Source: Rhodobacter capsulatus SB 1003
GTDB taxonomy: Bacteria > Pseudomonadota > Alphaproteobacteria > Rhodobacterales > Rhodobacteraceae
Reading direction: 5' to 3'
Assembly (NCBI RefSeq): GCF_000021865.1
Contig: NC_014034.1
Span: 3,030,001-3,062,000, forward strand
DNA: 32,000 nt
Each line of letters begins with the position of its first letter. The stretch's first letter is position 1. Both the position numbers and the translations under genes were made by a program. Of this stretch, positions 16,683-27,372 are shown piece by piece. Below the pieces are notes generated by a model. The model saw only the letters and a list, made by a program, of their open reading frames with translations. It had not been told where the DNA came from and did not search any database.

Positions 16683-17020
16683 CGGGGCTCTCGTTGAGTG
16701 GGAGGAGGGTCGAGTGCGGTGGGTGGTGCCCCAGCCTAACCGCGGGATCGTTAGCCAAAGATTGACAAGGCCCCTTGATCACAAAGGCGTTTTTCAACCC
16801 GGGCGGGCAGCGGCGGGCGATTGCGGGCAAAATCCTGCGTCACCGGGCGGTGCGGACAAAATGTCGCAGAAGCGCTGCGCAACGCCTGCGTGTGCAGGGA
16901 TGCCGCCCCGAACGCCCCGCGCGAAATCGTCTCGGTCCTATCCTTTTGCGCCGTTGGAAACGCCGCATTAACGGGTTCCGGGTTTTGTGAGTCGCATCCA
17001 CTCGAAGGGGTCCGTTCCCG

Positions 17021-20000
17021 ATGTCCCTGACTGCCACGCCGCTCATCGCCCTGCTTGCCGCCTGCCCCGGCGCCGCTTTCGTCGTCTCGCGTCCGGGGCG
17101 GATTCTGGCCGCCAACGCCGAGGCCGACCGGGTCTTCGGCACGGCCCGGCCCGCCGTCGCGGGGACCGGGCTCTCCGGCCTGCGCCTGGCCGAGGTGATC
17201 CCCTGCGCGCTGGGACACCGGATCATGGCGGCGCTGCGACGCGACGGGGTCCGGGAGGCGACGCGGTTCCGGCTGGCGCTCGACCGGGTCGAGGGCAGCC
17301 CCCATGTCGTCGAGACGCTGGTCTGGCCCGCCACCGCCGAAACGACCGACGACACCGCGGCGCCTTGCGGGTCGGCGGGGCCGCTCTGGATCGTGCTGGT
17401 GCTTGACGTCGGCGCACAGGCCGCGGCGACGGGGGGCGGGCGGATCCTCTGCACCGGCCTTGCCGCGCTGCGCGCCACCGAGGAAGCCCGCCGCAAGGCC
17501 CGGGAAAGCGCGGAAATCCTGCGCATCTCGACCGAAAACAGCGATCTGGCGCCCTGGGTCCACCATCCCGGCCATGGCAGCGGCGAGCTGAGCCCGCATC
17601 TGGCGACGATGCTCGGCCGTCCGGCCAATCCGCCGCTGGATCTGGCCGCTCTGGCCGCGCTGATCCACCCCGAGGACAGCCTCCGGATGCGGCGGGCCTT
17701 CGTCGCGCTGACACGTGGGCGCAGCGACCGGTTCAGCCAGGACATGCGGCTGCGCCGCGCCGATGGCCAATGGGCCTGGTTCACCGCGCGCGGCTACCGG
17801 ATGCCGCAGACGACGCCCTGCCAGCCGGTGACCCTGTGCGGCAGCCTGACCGACATCAGCGCCCGCAAGGCCGACGAGGCGCTGGTGGCCCGGACCCTTG
17901 CCGAAGCGCTGCACGCGCGCAGCCGCGCCCAGCAACGCGAGGAAATGCTGCGCACCTCCGGGCTTTGCGCCGGGATCGGGCATTTCTGCGCCAGCCCGCT
18001 GCAGGGCGAGGCCTGGACCCCCGACGAGACCTATCGGCTGTTCGGCTTCGAGCCGGGCGAATTCGCCGCCACCGATGCGGGCTGGCGCAGCCTGATCCAT
18101 CCCGAGGATCTGCCCGCGGCGATCGCCGCGATGGAGGATCTGAAGGCCGGTAGCACGATGCTTTACGACCATGTCCACCGGCGCCAGCACAAGGACGGCA
18201 GCTATCACTGGTATCGCGCCGTCGCCCGCCGGGTCGAGCGCAGCGATCTGGGCCTGCCGCCGCTGGTCGCCGGGGCGCTGATCTGCGTCGATCAGGCCAA
18301 GGAAACCGAGATCCGGCTGGCCGATGCCGCCGATGCGGCGCGGCTGGCGCGCGAACGGCTCGACACCCTTGCCGACAATGCGCCGGGCGCGCTGTTCGAA
18401 TGCCGGATGGCGGCCTCGGGGCAGATGATGCTGCCCTATTTCAGCGCCCGGCTGCCCGATCTGGCCGGGGTCTCCGGCTCCGAGATCCTGTGCGACGCCT
18501 GCGTCGTCTTCCGCCATGTGCCGCCGCAGCAGATGACACGGCTGTTGCGCCGCGCGATGACCGCCCTGCGCAGCGGCGCCGCGATCGAGATGCGGCTGTC
18601 GGTCCGCCATCCGCTGCGCGGCCTGCGCTGGGTCAGCGTCGCCGCCGCGCCCTTCCGCCGCGAGGATGCCTCGGTGTGCTGGTTCGGCCAGATCCTCGAC
18701 GTCACCGAGAATGTCGAAACCGAAGCCCGGGCGGCGCTGGCCGCCGAGGCGGCGCTGAAAGCCCATGCCCGGCTCGCCTCGATCGCCGCGGTCGCCCCGG
18801 CCGGGCTTTACGAGATCGAGCGGTTCCCCGAGGGGGCGGCCACGATCCCCTATGCCAGCCCGCATTTCCGCAATCTGCTGGGCCTTGATCACCGCGACAC
18901 GATCCGGCTGGGCGAGGGCGGCGGCGGCGCGCAGGAAGTCAAGCTGGACGACCTGCCCGCCTTCCTGACCCGGGATGCGGCCTCTCCGGTGCCGCCCGGC
19001 GGCGTGGCGCGGCGGTTCTGCATCCAGCATCCGCTGCGCGGCGCGGTCTGGCTGTCGAATTCGGCGACGGCCAAGCCGCAGCCCGATGGCACCGTGGTCT
19101 GGACCGGGGCGCTGCACGATGTCACCGGCGATGTCCGCCGCGAGGCCGAGCTGCATGCCGCCTATCGTCTGGCCGAGGACCGGCGGCAGGAAAACGAATG
19201 GCAGGCGCTGCATGACGGGCTGACCGGGCTGCCGAACCGGCGCTATTACGATCAGGTGCTGGCGAACCGGATCGAACAGGCGAAGGCGGGGGGCAAGTCG
19301 GGCTGCACGCTGATCCGCATCGATCTGGACCATTTCAAGCATGTGAACGACACGCTGGGCCATGATGCGGGCGATCTGGTGCTGTGCCGCGTCGCCGAGG
19401 TGCTGCGCGCCAGCCTGCGTCAGGGCGATTTCGCCGCCCGTCTTGGCGGCGACGAATTCTCGGTGATCCTGGCGCGCGGGCTGGGCCGCGAGGATGCCGG
19501 GGCGCTGATCCGGCGGGTTCAGGACCGGCTCGTCGAGCCGCTGATGTTCGCCGGGCGGCAATGCCGTTTCGGCGCCTCTTTCGGCATCGCCGAGGCCGAG
19601 GATCTGGCCAGCACCGGCCCCGAGATCCAGTTCTTCGCCGATGCCGCGCTGTATCGGGCCAAGGAAACCGGCCGCAACCGGATGGAATTCTTCACCCCCG
19701 AGCTGCATCAGAACCTGCGCCGCGACCGCGAACTGGCCGCCGAGATCCAGGAGGGGCTCGACCGCGACGAATTCGAACCGTTCTTTCAGGCGCAGGTTTC
19801 GGCCCGCGATCACCGTCTGACCGGGGTCGAGACGCTGCTGCGCTGGCGCCATCCCGAACGCGGCCTGCTGACGCCCCACGCCTTCATGCATGTGGCCGAA
19901 CAGCTGCGTCTGGTGCCCGAGATCGACCGCGTGGTGATGGAACGGTCGCGCGAATCGCTGGCCTTCTGGCGCGAGCGCGGGCTGATCGTGCCGAAGATCA

Positions 20001-20497
20001 GCTTCAACGTCTCCTCGGGGCGGATGCACGATCCCGATGTGGTGAAGGCGGCGCAGACGATCGCACGCGGCGAGACGCGGGTGACCTTCGAGCTGCTCGA
20101 ATCGATCCTGGTCGAGGATGAAAGCGATCTCTTCCGCTTCCATCTCGACGCGATCCGCGAAGCGGGCATCGACATCGAGATCGACGATTTCGGCTCGGGC
20201 CATGCCTCGATCATCGGCTTGATGCAGATCGGCCCCTCGGCGCTGAAGATCGACCGCCGCATCGTCGAGCCGCTGGGCCGCGATCCGCAGGCCCGCCATC
20301 TGGTGCGCGCGATCATCGAAATCGCCGAGACGCTGGGCACCGCCACCGTGGCCGAGGGCGTCGAAACCGAGGCCCAGGCCGAGATCCTGCGCGATCTGGG
20401 CTGCGACGTGCTGCAGGGCTTCCTGTTCTCGGTGCCACTCTCGGCGCCCGATTTCGTCGCGTTCTGGCAGCGCCACCGCAAGCGGCTGCCCGCCTGA
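17021..20497 (+). CDS. Multi-PAS/PAC diguanylate cyclase / phosphodiesterase (GGDEF-EAL)
   Basis: 1158 aa with four to five PAS/PAC-like units. GGDEF lies at 19445-19459, with an RxxD I-site (RQGD, 19418-19429) at the canonical spacing. The EAL domain has ETL at 19829-19837 plus DDFGSG, KIDRR, AEGVET and QGF. Confidence 0.93.
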   Translation: MSLTATPLIALLAACPGAAFVVSRPGRILAANAEADRVFGTARPAVAGTGLSGLRLAEVIPCALGHRIMAALRRDGVREATRFRLALDRVEGSPHVVETLVWPATAETTDDTAAPCGSAGPLWIVLVLDVGAQAAATGGGRILCTGLAALRATEEARRKARESAEILRISTENSDLAPWVHHPGHGSGELSPHLATMLGRPANPPLDLAALAALIHPEDSLRMRRAFVALTRGRSDRFSQDMRLRRADGQWAWFTARGYRMPQTTPCQPVTLCGSLTDISARKADEALVARTLAEALHARSRAQQREEMLRTSGLCAGIGHFCASPLQGEAWTPDETYRLFGFEPGEFAATDAGWRSLIHPEDLPAAIAAMEDLKAGSTMLYDHVHRRQHKDGSYHWYRAVARRVERSDLGLPPLVAGALICVDQAKETEIRLADAADAARLARERLDTLADNAPGALFECRMAASGQMMLPYFSARLPDLAGVSGSEILCDACVVFRHVPPQQMTRLLRRAMTALRSGAAIEMRLSVRHPLRGLRWVSVAAAPFRREDASVCWFGQILDVTENVETEARAALAAEAALKAHARLASIAAVAPAGLYEIERFPEGAATIPYASPHFRNLLGLDHRDTIRLGEGGGGAQEVKLDDLPAFLTRDAASPVPPGGVARRFCIQHPLRGAVWLSNSATAKPQPDGTVVWTGALHDVTGDVRREAELHAAYRLAEDRRQENEWQALHDGLTGLPNRRYYDQVLANRIEQAKAGGKSGCTLIRIDLDHFKHVNDTLGHDAGDLVLCRVAEVLRASLRQGDFAARLGGDEFSVILARGLGREDAGALIRRVQDRLVEPLMFAGRQCRFGASFGIAEAEDLASTGPEIQFFADAALYRAKETGRNRMEFFTPELHQNLRRDRELAAEIQEGLDRDEFEPFFQAQVSARDHRLTGVETLLRWRHPERGLLTPHAFMHVAEQLRLVPEIDRVVMERSRESLAFWRERGLIVPKISFNVSSGRMHDPDVVKAAQTIARGETRVTFELLESILVEDESDLFRFHLDAIREAGIDIEIDDFGSGHASIIGLMQIGPSALKIDRRIVEPLGRDPQARHLVRAIIEIAETLGTATVAEGVETEAQAEILRDLGCDVLQGFLFSVPLSAPDFVAFWQRHRKRLPA

Positions 20498-20504
20498 ACC
20501 CGGC

Positions 20505-20852
20505 TCAGACGGGCTCGTCGCGCCCGCGTCCGAAGCCTGCGGGGAAGGTCAGCACATTGCCGCGCGACGGCGGATGGGCCTCGGCATGCCAGGCTTCCTG
20601 CGCGCGCAAGAGCCGGGTTTCGACCTCGTCCAGCCCCTGACTGTGGCAATAGCGGGCCAGCTCGTCGATCACCTCGCCCAGCCAGCGGTCCTGCTGATCC
20701 TCTGCCAGCACGTGACTGCGCGGCCCGCATTGCGCCACCAGCGCCACCCGCGCCGCCTGCAGCCCGGCCGCGGTCGATCGCAGCGACTGGATTTCGCAAT
20801 GCGCGATCAGATCGTCCAGAATCGGCAACAGCCACCCATGATCTTCAAACAT
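20505..20852 (-). CDS. Hypothetical small cytoplasmic protein (115 aa)
   Basis: The third codon position is strongly G/C, as expected for real coding sequence in this genome. I place the start at MFEDHGWLLPILDD (ATG 20850-20852), with GGAAGG about 13 nt upstream. The track ORF extends to 20912. I recognise no family. Confidence 0.5.
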   Translation of the reverse strand: MFEDHGWLLPILDDLIAHCEIQSLRSTAAGLQAARVALVAQCGPRSHVLAEDQQDRWLGEVIDELARYCHSQGLDEVETRLLRAQEAWHAEAHPPSRGNVLTFPAGFGRGRDEPV

Positions 20853-20984
20853 CGGGACAAAACACCTTCCACCATCTGCCCGCAGCTTCCCCCGGTTTCG
20901 CGCTTCGGGCAACCCTGAACCGACACGCCGGTCGATGCGACGGCCGCGCCACCGCCTTGGGGAAGTGGTTGAAATGCTGCGATG

Positions 20985-21100
20985 TTTGGCGGCACGGATA
21001 ATGAATTTACAGAATTGACCACCAAAGTGATAACATCTTTACAGTTTTCCCTTTTTATTTTAAGGGTTTACATGCGCCATCACGTTCTGTTTACAATATC
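20985..21100 (+). promoter_or_regulatory. AT-rich promoter island of acs with four TTTACA motifs
   Basis: This is the only markedly AT-rich stretch in the window. TTTACA occurs at 21006-21011, 21038-21043, 21067-21072 and 21090-21095. A candidate sigma-70 pair is TTACAT (21068-21073), an 18-nt spacer and TACAAT (21092-21097), about 75 nt before the acs ATG. Confidence 0.45.
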
Positions 21101-21173
21101 CCCGAGGAACGGGGCCAGGGCTTCGCCCGGCGCCGACGGCGACAGCCGCATGCCGTCAGAGAGGGAGGGACAG

Positions 21174-23144
<1,971 letters not shown>

Positions 23145-23151
23145 CCGGAGG

Positions 23152-23170
23152 CGGGGGGCGCCGCCCCCCG
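23152..23170 (+). terminator. GC hairpin 8 nt after the acs stop
   Basis: CGGGGGGCG (23152-23160) and CGCCCCCCG (23162-23170) form a near-perfect palindrome. The innermost pairs must open to make a loop. No U-tract. Confidence 0.35.
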
Positions 23171-23378
23171 ACTTGCCCGCGCCACCTCTCCCCCCGGGAG
23201 ATTTGCGCCAGGGTGAACGGGCAAAAGTCTGTGCTTTTTCCTGGCGCAACTACGCCACGGGGGTGCGGGGGTGTGAAACCCCCGCCGCTACGGGCGGGTC
23301 AAGAGCAACGGCCGGGGCAACACGGCCAAACCGCGCCGCGCAAGCCGGAGCGGACGACTTCAACGAGGAGGAAAACAC

Positions 23379-23687
23379 ATGCAAGACACGATGCTGGAAC
23401 GCATCGCCAGGAGCCCGGCCTACCACGCGCTGAAGACAAAGCGCTTGCGGTTCGGCTGGCTGCTCACCATCGCGATGCTGCTGGTCTATTACGGCTTCAT
23501 CACCGTCATCGCCTTTCGCAAGGACCTTCTGGCCGTGCCGATGGGCGAGGGGGTGATGACCTGGGGGATCCCGGTCGGCTTCGGGGTGATCCTGTTCACC
23601 ATCGTGGTGACGGCGATCTACGTCTTCCGCGCCAACAGCGACTATGACGAGCTGACCGCCCAGGTGAAGCGCGAGGTGCTGAAATGA
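23379..23687 (+). CDS. yjcH: DUF485 inner-membrane protein (YjcH-like), partner of ActP
   Basis: 102 aa with two TM helices. Shine-Dalgarno GAGGAGGA lies 7 nt upstream. ATGA overlap with actP, the same arrangement as E. coli acs-yjcH-actP. Confidence 0.85.
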   Translation: MQDTMLERIARSPAYHALKTKRLRFGWLLTIAMLLVYYGFITVIAFRKDLLAVPMGEGVMTWGIPVGFGVILFTIVVTAIYVFRANSDYDELTAQVKREVLK

Positions 23688-25420
23688 GCCCGGTCACGAC
23701 CTTCACCCGCCTTGCGGCGGTCTCGGCGCTGAGCCTGACGCCCGGCCTTGCCCTTGCGGCGGGCGCGATCGAGGGGGCGGTGCAAAAGCAGCCCACGAAC
23801 TGGACCGCGATCGCGATGTTCGGCTTTTTCGTGGTGGCGACGCTGTTCATCACGAAATGGGCGGCCGGGCGGACGAAATCGGCGGCCGATTTCTACACCG
23901 CGGGCGGCGGCATCACCGGCTTTCAGAACGGGCTGGCGATCGCGGGCGATTACATGTCGGCGGCGTCCTTTCTGGGGATTTCGGCGGCGGTGATGCTGCA
24001 GGGCTATGACGGGCTGATCTATTCGATCGGCTTTCTGGTCGGCTGGCCGATCCTGACCTTCCTGATGGCCGAGCGGCTGCGCAACCTTGGCAAGTTCACC
24101 TTCGCCGATGTGGCGGCCTTCCCGTTCGCGCAGACGCCGGTGCGGGTCTTTGCGGCGATGTCGACGCTGGTCGTCGTGGCCTTTTACCTGATCGCCCAGA
24201 TGGTGGGCGCGGGGCAGCTGATCAAGCTGCTGTTCGGGCTGGAATATCTTTATGCGGTGATCGTCGTCGGCATCCTGATGATGGTCTATGTGCTGTTTGG
24301 CGGCATGACCGCGACGACCTGGGTGCAGATCATCAAGGCCTGTCTGCTGCTGGGCGGGGCCAGCTTCATGGCGCTGATGGTGATGGTGCATTACGGCTTC
24401 AGCCTGGAAAGCCTGTTTGCGGACTCGGTCAAGGTGAAGACCGATCTGGCGCTGGCGGCGGGCAAGACCCCCGAGGAGGCGGCGGCTGCGGGGATCTCGA
24501 TCATGGGGCCGGGCACCTTCGTGAAAGACCCGATCTCGGCGATTTCCTTCGGCATGGCGCTGATGTTCGGCACCGCCGGTCTGCCGCATATCCTGATGCG
24601 CTTCTTCACCGTGCCTTCGGCCAAGGAAGCGCGCAAGTCGGTGATGTGGGCGACGGTCTGGATCGGCTATTTCTACATGCTGACCTTCATCATCGGCTTT
24701 GGCGCCATCGTCTATGTCCTGACCAACCCGGGTCTGGTCAGCTATGATGCCAAGGGCGCGCTGACGCTGGTGGGCGGCAACAACATGGCGGCGATCCATC
24801 TGGCGCAGGCGGTGGGCGGCAACATCTTCCTCGGCTTCATCTCGGCGGTGGCCTTTGCCACGATCCTGGCCGTGGTCGCCGGTCTGACGCTCTCGGGCGC
24901 CTCGGCGGTGTCGCATGACCTTTATTCGACCGTGTTCAAGAACGGCAAGGCCGACAGCGCCTCGGAGCTGCGGGTCTCGCGCATCACCACGATCTGCCTT
25001 GGCATCGTCGCGGTGGTTCTGGGTCTGGCGTTTGAAAAGCAGAACATCGCCTTCATGGTGTCGCTGGCCTTTGCCATCGCCGCTTCGGCGAACTTCCCGG
25101 TGCTCTTCATGTCGCTTCTGTGGAAGGGCATGACGACGCGCGGCGCGGTGATCGGCGGTTCCCTCGGGCTGATCAGCTCGGTGGCGCTGACCGTGATCTC
25201 GCCCTCGGTCTGGGAGGCCACGCTCGGCTTTGAAAAGGGCTCGGCGCCCTTCCCCTATACCTCGCCCGCGCTCTTCTCGATGGTGCTGGGCTTTGCGGGG
25301 ATCTGGCTCTTTTCGATCACCGACAAGAGCCGGCGCGGCGATCAGGACCGGGACGGCTATCTGGCGCAGGAGATCCGTTCGGAAACCGGCATCGGCGCCG
25401 CCGAAGCCTCGGCGCATTGA
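23684..25420 (+). CDS. actP: Cation/acetate symporter ActP (SSS family)
   Basis: 578 aa, collinear with E. coli ActP from the N-terminus (..[16 protein letters not shown]...[32 protein letters not shown]..). Confidence 0.93.
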   Translation: MSPVTTFTRLAAVSALSLTPGLALAAGAIEGAVQKQPTNWTAIAMFGFFVVATLFITKWAAGRTKSAADFYTAGGGITGFQNGLAIAGDYMSAASFLGISAAVMLQGYDGLIYSIGFLVGWPILTFLMAERLRNLGKFTFADVAAFPFAQTPVRVFAAMSTLVVVAFYLIAQMVGAGQLIKLLFGLEYLYAVIVVGILMMVYVLFGGMTATTWVQIIKACLLLGGASFMALMVMVHYGFSLESLFADSVKVKTDLALAAGKTPEEAAAAGISIMGPGTFVKDPISAISFGMALMFGTAGLPHILMRFFTVPSAKEARKSVMWATVWIGYFYMLTFIIGFGAIVYVLTNPGLVSYDAKGALTLVGGNNMAAIHLAQAVGGNIFLGFISAVAFATILAVVAGLTLSGASAVSHDLYSTVFKNGKADSASELRVSRITTICLGIVAVVLGLAFEKQNIAFMVSLAFAIAASANFPVLFMSLLWKGMTTRGAVIGGSLGLISSVALTVISPSVWEATLGFEKGSAPFPYTSPALFSMVLGFAGIWLFSITDKSRRGDQDRDGYLAQEIRSETGIGAAEASAH

Positions 25421-25428
25421 TCCGGCGG

Positions 25429-25450
25429 CGGGCGGGGTCCTCCCCGCCCG
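25429..25450 (+). terminator. Strong hairpin 9 nt after the actP stop
   Basis: CGGGCGGGG (25429-25437), loop TCCT, CCCCGCCCG (25442-25450): a perfect 9-bp stem. It is followed only by TT, so termination may be partial. Confidence 0.4.
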
Positions 25451-25490
25451 TTCCCCCGCCTTCACGGGCCCCGCCTGCACAGGAGAGATC

Positions 25491-27317
25491 ATGGAACCCG
25501 ACCGTCAGGCCGTCCTTGCCTTTCTGGAAACCGTCCATCCCTATGATACCCTGCCGCGTGACGAGCTGGCCGAGGTGGCCCGTTCCTTTCGCCGCATGGA
25601 ATTTTGCGCCCAGGCGCTGATCTATGTGCATCAGACGCCCCTGGGCGGGCTTTACCTGATCAAGCAGGGCGCGGTGGAAATCACCGACGGCAATGGCGGG
25701 CTGGTCTCGCTTCTGGGTCCGCGCAATTCCTTTGGCGAGCGCGGTCTTCTGCGCGACGGGCTGGCCGCGACCCAGGCGCGGGCGACGGCGCAGACGGTCT
25801 GCCTTGTGCTGCCCACCCCCAGCTTCAAGCGGCTGATCGAGACCTATCCGGCGTTCGAGCGCTTCTTCAACAGGAAGCGCGGCGAGAAGGTCTCGACCGA
25901 GATCGCGACGCAGAAAGTGGCCGATCTGATCGCGCGCAAGCCGCTTGCCTGCGCGCCCGACACCCCCGCGATCGCGGCGGCGCAGCAGATGCGCGCGGCG
26001 CATGTTTCCTCGCTCGGCGTCGTCGCGGCGGACGGGACGCTTTTGGGCATCGTCACCCAGCGCGATCTGTCGAACAAGATCCTGGCCGAGGGGCAAGCGC
26101 CCGAAACCCCGGTGGCGGCGGTGATGACGGCGGATCCGGTCAGCCTGCCGCCCACCGCGCTCGGCTCCGACATCCTGCATATCATGCTGGAGCGGCGCAT
26201 CGGCCATCTGCCGATCACCGAGGCGGGGCGTTTCGTCGGCATGATCACCCAGACCGATCTGACGCGGTTTCAGGCGGTCTCGGCGGCGGTGCTCATTCGC
26301 GACGTGGTCTCGGCCGAGACCCTGGCCGAGATGGCCGCGGTCACCGCGCGGATCCCGCAGCTGCTGGTGCAGCTTGTCGGCGCGCATCACGCCCATGACG
26401 TGGTGACGCGGCTGATCACCGACATCGCCGATGCGGTGACGCGCAGGCTTCTGGTGATGGCCGAACGCGATCTCGGGCCGCCGCCGGTGCCCTATCTCTG
26501 GCTCGCCTGCGGCTCTCAGGGGCGGCAGGAACAGACTGGCGTGTCCGATCAGGACAATTGCCTGATTTTGGATGATGCGGCAAAGCCCGAAGACATGGAG
26601 TATTTCCGCGCTTTGGCGAAGATCGTCTGCGACGGGCTTGACGCCTGCGGTTACGTGCATTGCCCGGGCGAGATGATGGCCACGGCCGCGCGCTGGTGCC
26701 AGCCGCTCGGGGTCTGGCGGCGCTATTTCCACGACTGGATCGACACGCCGAACCCCGAGGCGCAGATGCTGGCCTCGGTGATGTTCGATCTGCGCCCGAT
26801 CGGCGGCACTGGCGCCGATCTCTTCACCGCGCTGCAGGAAGAAACCCTGCGGCTGGCGGCGCAAAGCCCGATCTTCATCGCGCATATGCTGGGCAATGCG
26901 CTCAAGCACACGCCGCCTCTGGGCCTCTTGCGCGGCTTTGCCACGATCCGCTCGGGCGAGCACCGCAACCACATCGATCTGAAGATGAACGGGGTGGTGC
27001 CGGTGATCGATCTGGCGCGGGTGCAGGCGCTGCGCGGGCGGCTTGGTCTCGCCAATACCCGCGCCCGGCTGAAGGCCGCCGAGGAGGCCGGGACGATCGC
27101 CCCCGGCGAGGCGCGCGATCTGATCGAGGCCTATGACCTGATCGCGACGACGCGGCTGGAAAACCAGGCCCGGCTGATCCGCTCCGGGCGGGCGCCGGAC
27201 AATTTCCTCGCGCCCTCGGATCTGAGCGATTTCGAACGCGCGCATCTGCGCGACGCTTTCGTGGTGGTGCGCACGATGCAATCGGCGCTGGGTCATGGCA
27301 AGGCCGTGGTGGGCTGA
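25491..27317 (+). CDS. cNMP-binding / tandem CBS / DUF294-type putative nucleotidyltransferase
   Basis: The product is 608 aa when started at MEPDRQAVLAF (ATG 25491), with AGGAGAG 4 nt upstream. Domains seen: a CAP-type effector domain (SFGERGLL...ARATAQ), two CBS repeats (..SSLGVVAADGTLLGIVTQRDL.. and ..IGHLPITEAGRFVGMITQTDL..), a nucleotidyltransferase core (LACGSQGRQEQTGVSDQDN) and a helical DUF294_C-like tail. The track start at 25230 overlaps actP. Confidence 0.85.
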   Translation: MEPDRQAVLAFLETVHPYDTLPRDELAEVARSFRRMEFCAQALIYVHQTPLGGLYLIKQGAVEITDGNGGLVSLLGPRNSFGERGLLRDGLAATQARATAQTVCLVLPTPSFKRLIETYPAFERFFNRKRGEKVSTEIATQKVADLIARKPLACAPDTPAIAAAQQMRAAHVSSLGVVAADGTLLGIVTQRDLSNKILAEGQAPETPVAAVMTADPVSLPPTALGSDILHIMLERRIGHLPITEAGRFVGMITQTDLTRFQAVSAAVLIRDVVSAETLAEMAAVTARIPQLLVQLVGAHHAHDVVTRLITDIADAVTRRLLVMAERDLGPPPVPYLWLACGSQGRQEQTGVSDQDNCLILDDAAKPEDMEYFRALAKIVCDGLDACGYVHCPGEMMATAARWCQPLGVWRRYFHDWIDTPNPEAQMLASVMFDLRPIGGTGADLFTALQEETLRLAAQSPIFIAHMLGNALKHTPPLGLLRGFATIRSGEHRNHIDLKMNGVVPVIDLARVQALRGRLGLANTRARLKAAEEAGTIAPGEARDLIEAYDLIATTRLENQARLIRSGRAPDNFLAPSDLSDFERAHLRDAFVVVRTMQSALGHGKAVVG

Positions 27318-27372
27318 CATGCAGCGGGCGGAGAGGCGGCGGGCAGAGATGGCCCCCGCGCGGGAGGACGGA

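Noticed and set aside
16762-16790. TTGACA hexamer and a nearby TTGATCA as a promoter or FNR half-site upstream of the PAS / GGDEF-EAL pair; also TGTGAGTCGCATCCAC (16986-17001) as a CRP-like site
   Set aside because: There is no acceptable -10 element at 16-19 bp from TTGACA. The FNR-like sequence has only one half-site. The CRP-like site matches only 3 of 5 positions in the second half-site. All are compatible with chance.
20982-21173. Upstream extension of acs (track start 20982)
   Set aside because: It reads through the AT-rich promoter island and would add 64 residues absent from Acs homologues. The ATG at 21174 has a strong GAGGGAGGGA Shine-Dalgarno.
25230-25490. Upstream extension of the DUF294 gene (track start 25230), and the similar extension of the receiver gene (27295..27372)
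   Set aside because: These extensions overlap the preceding gene and a terminator-like hairpin, and their translations are R/P-rich. Internal ATGs with good Shine-Dalgarno sequences coincide with the domain starts.
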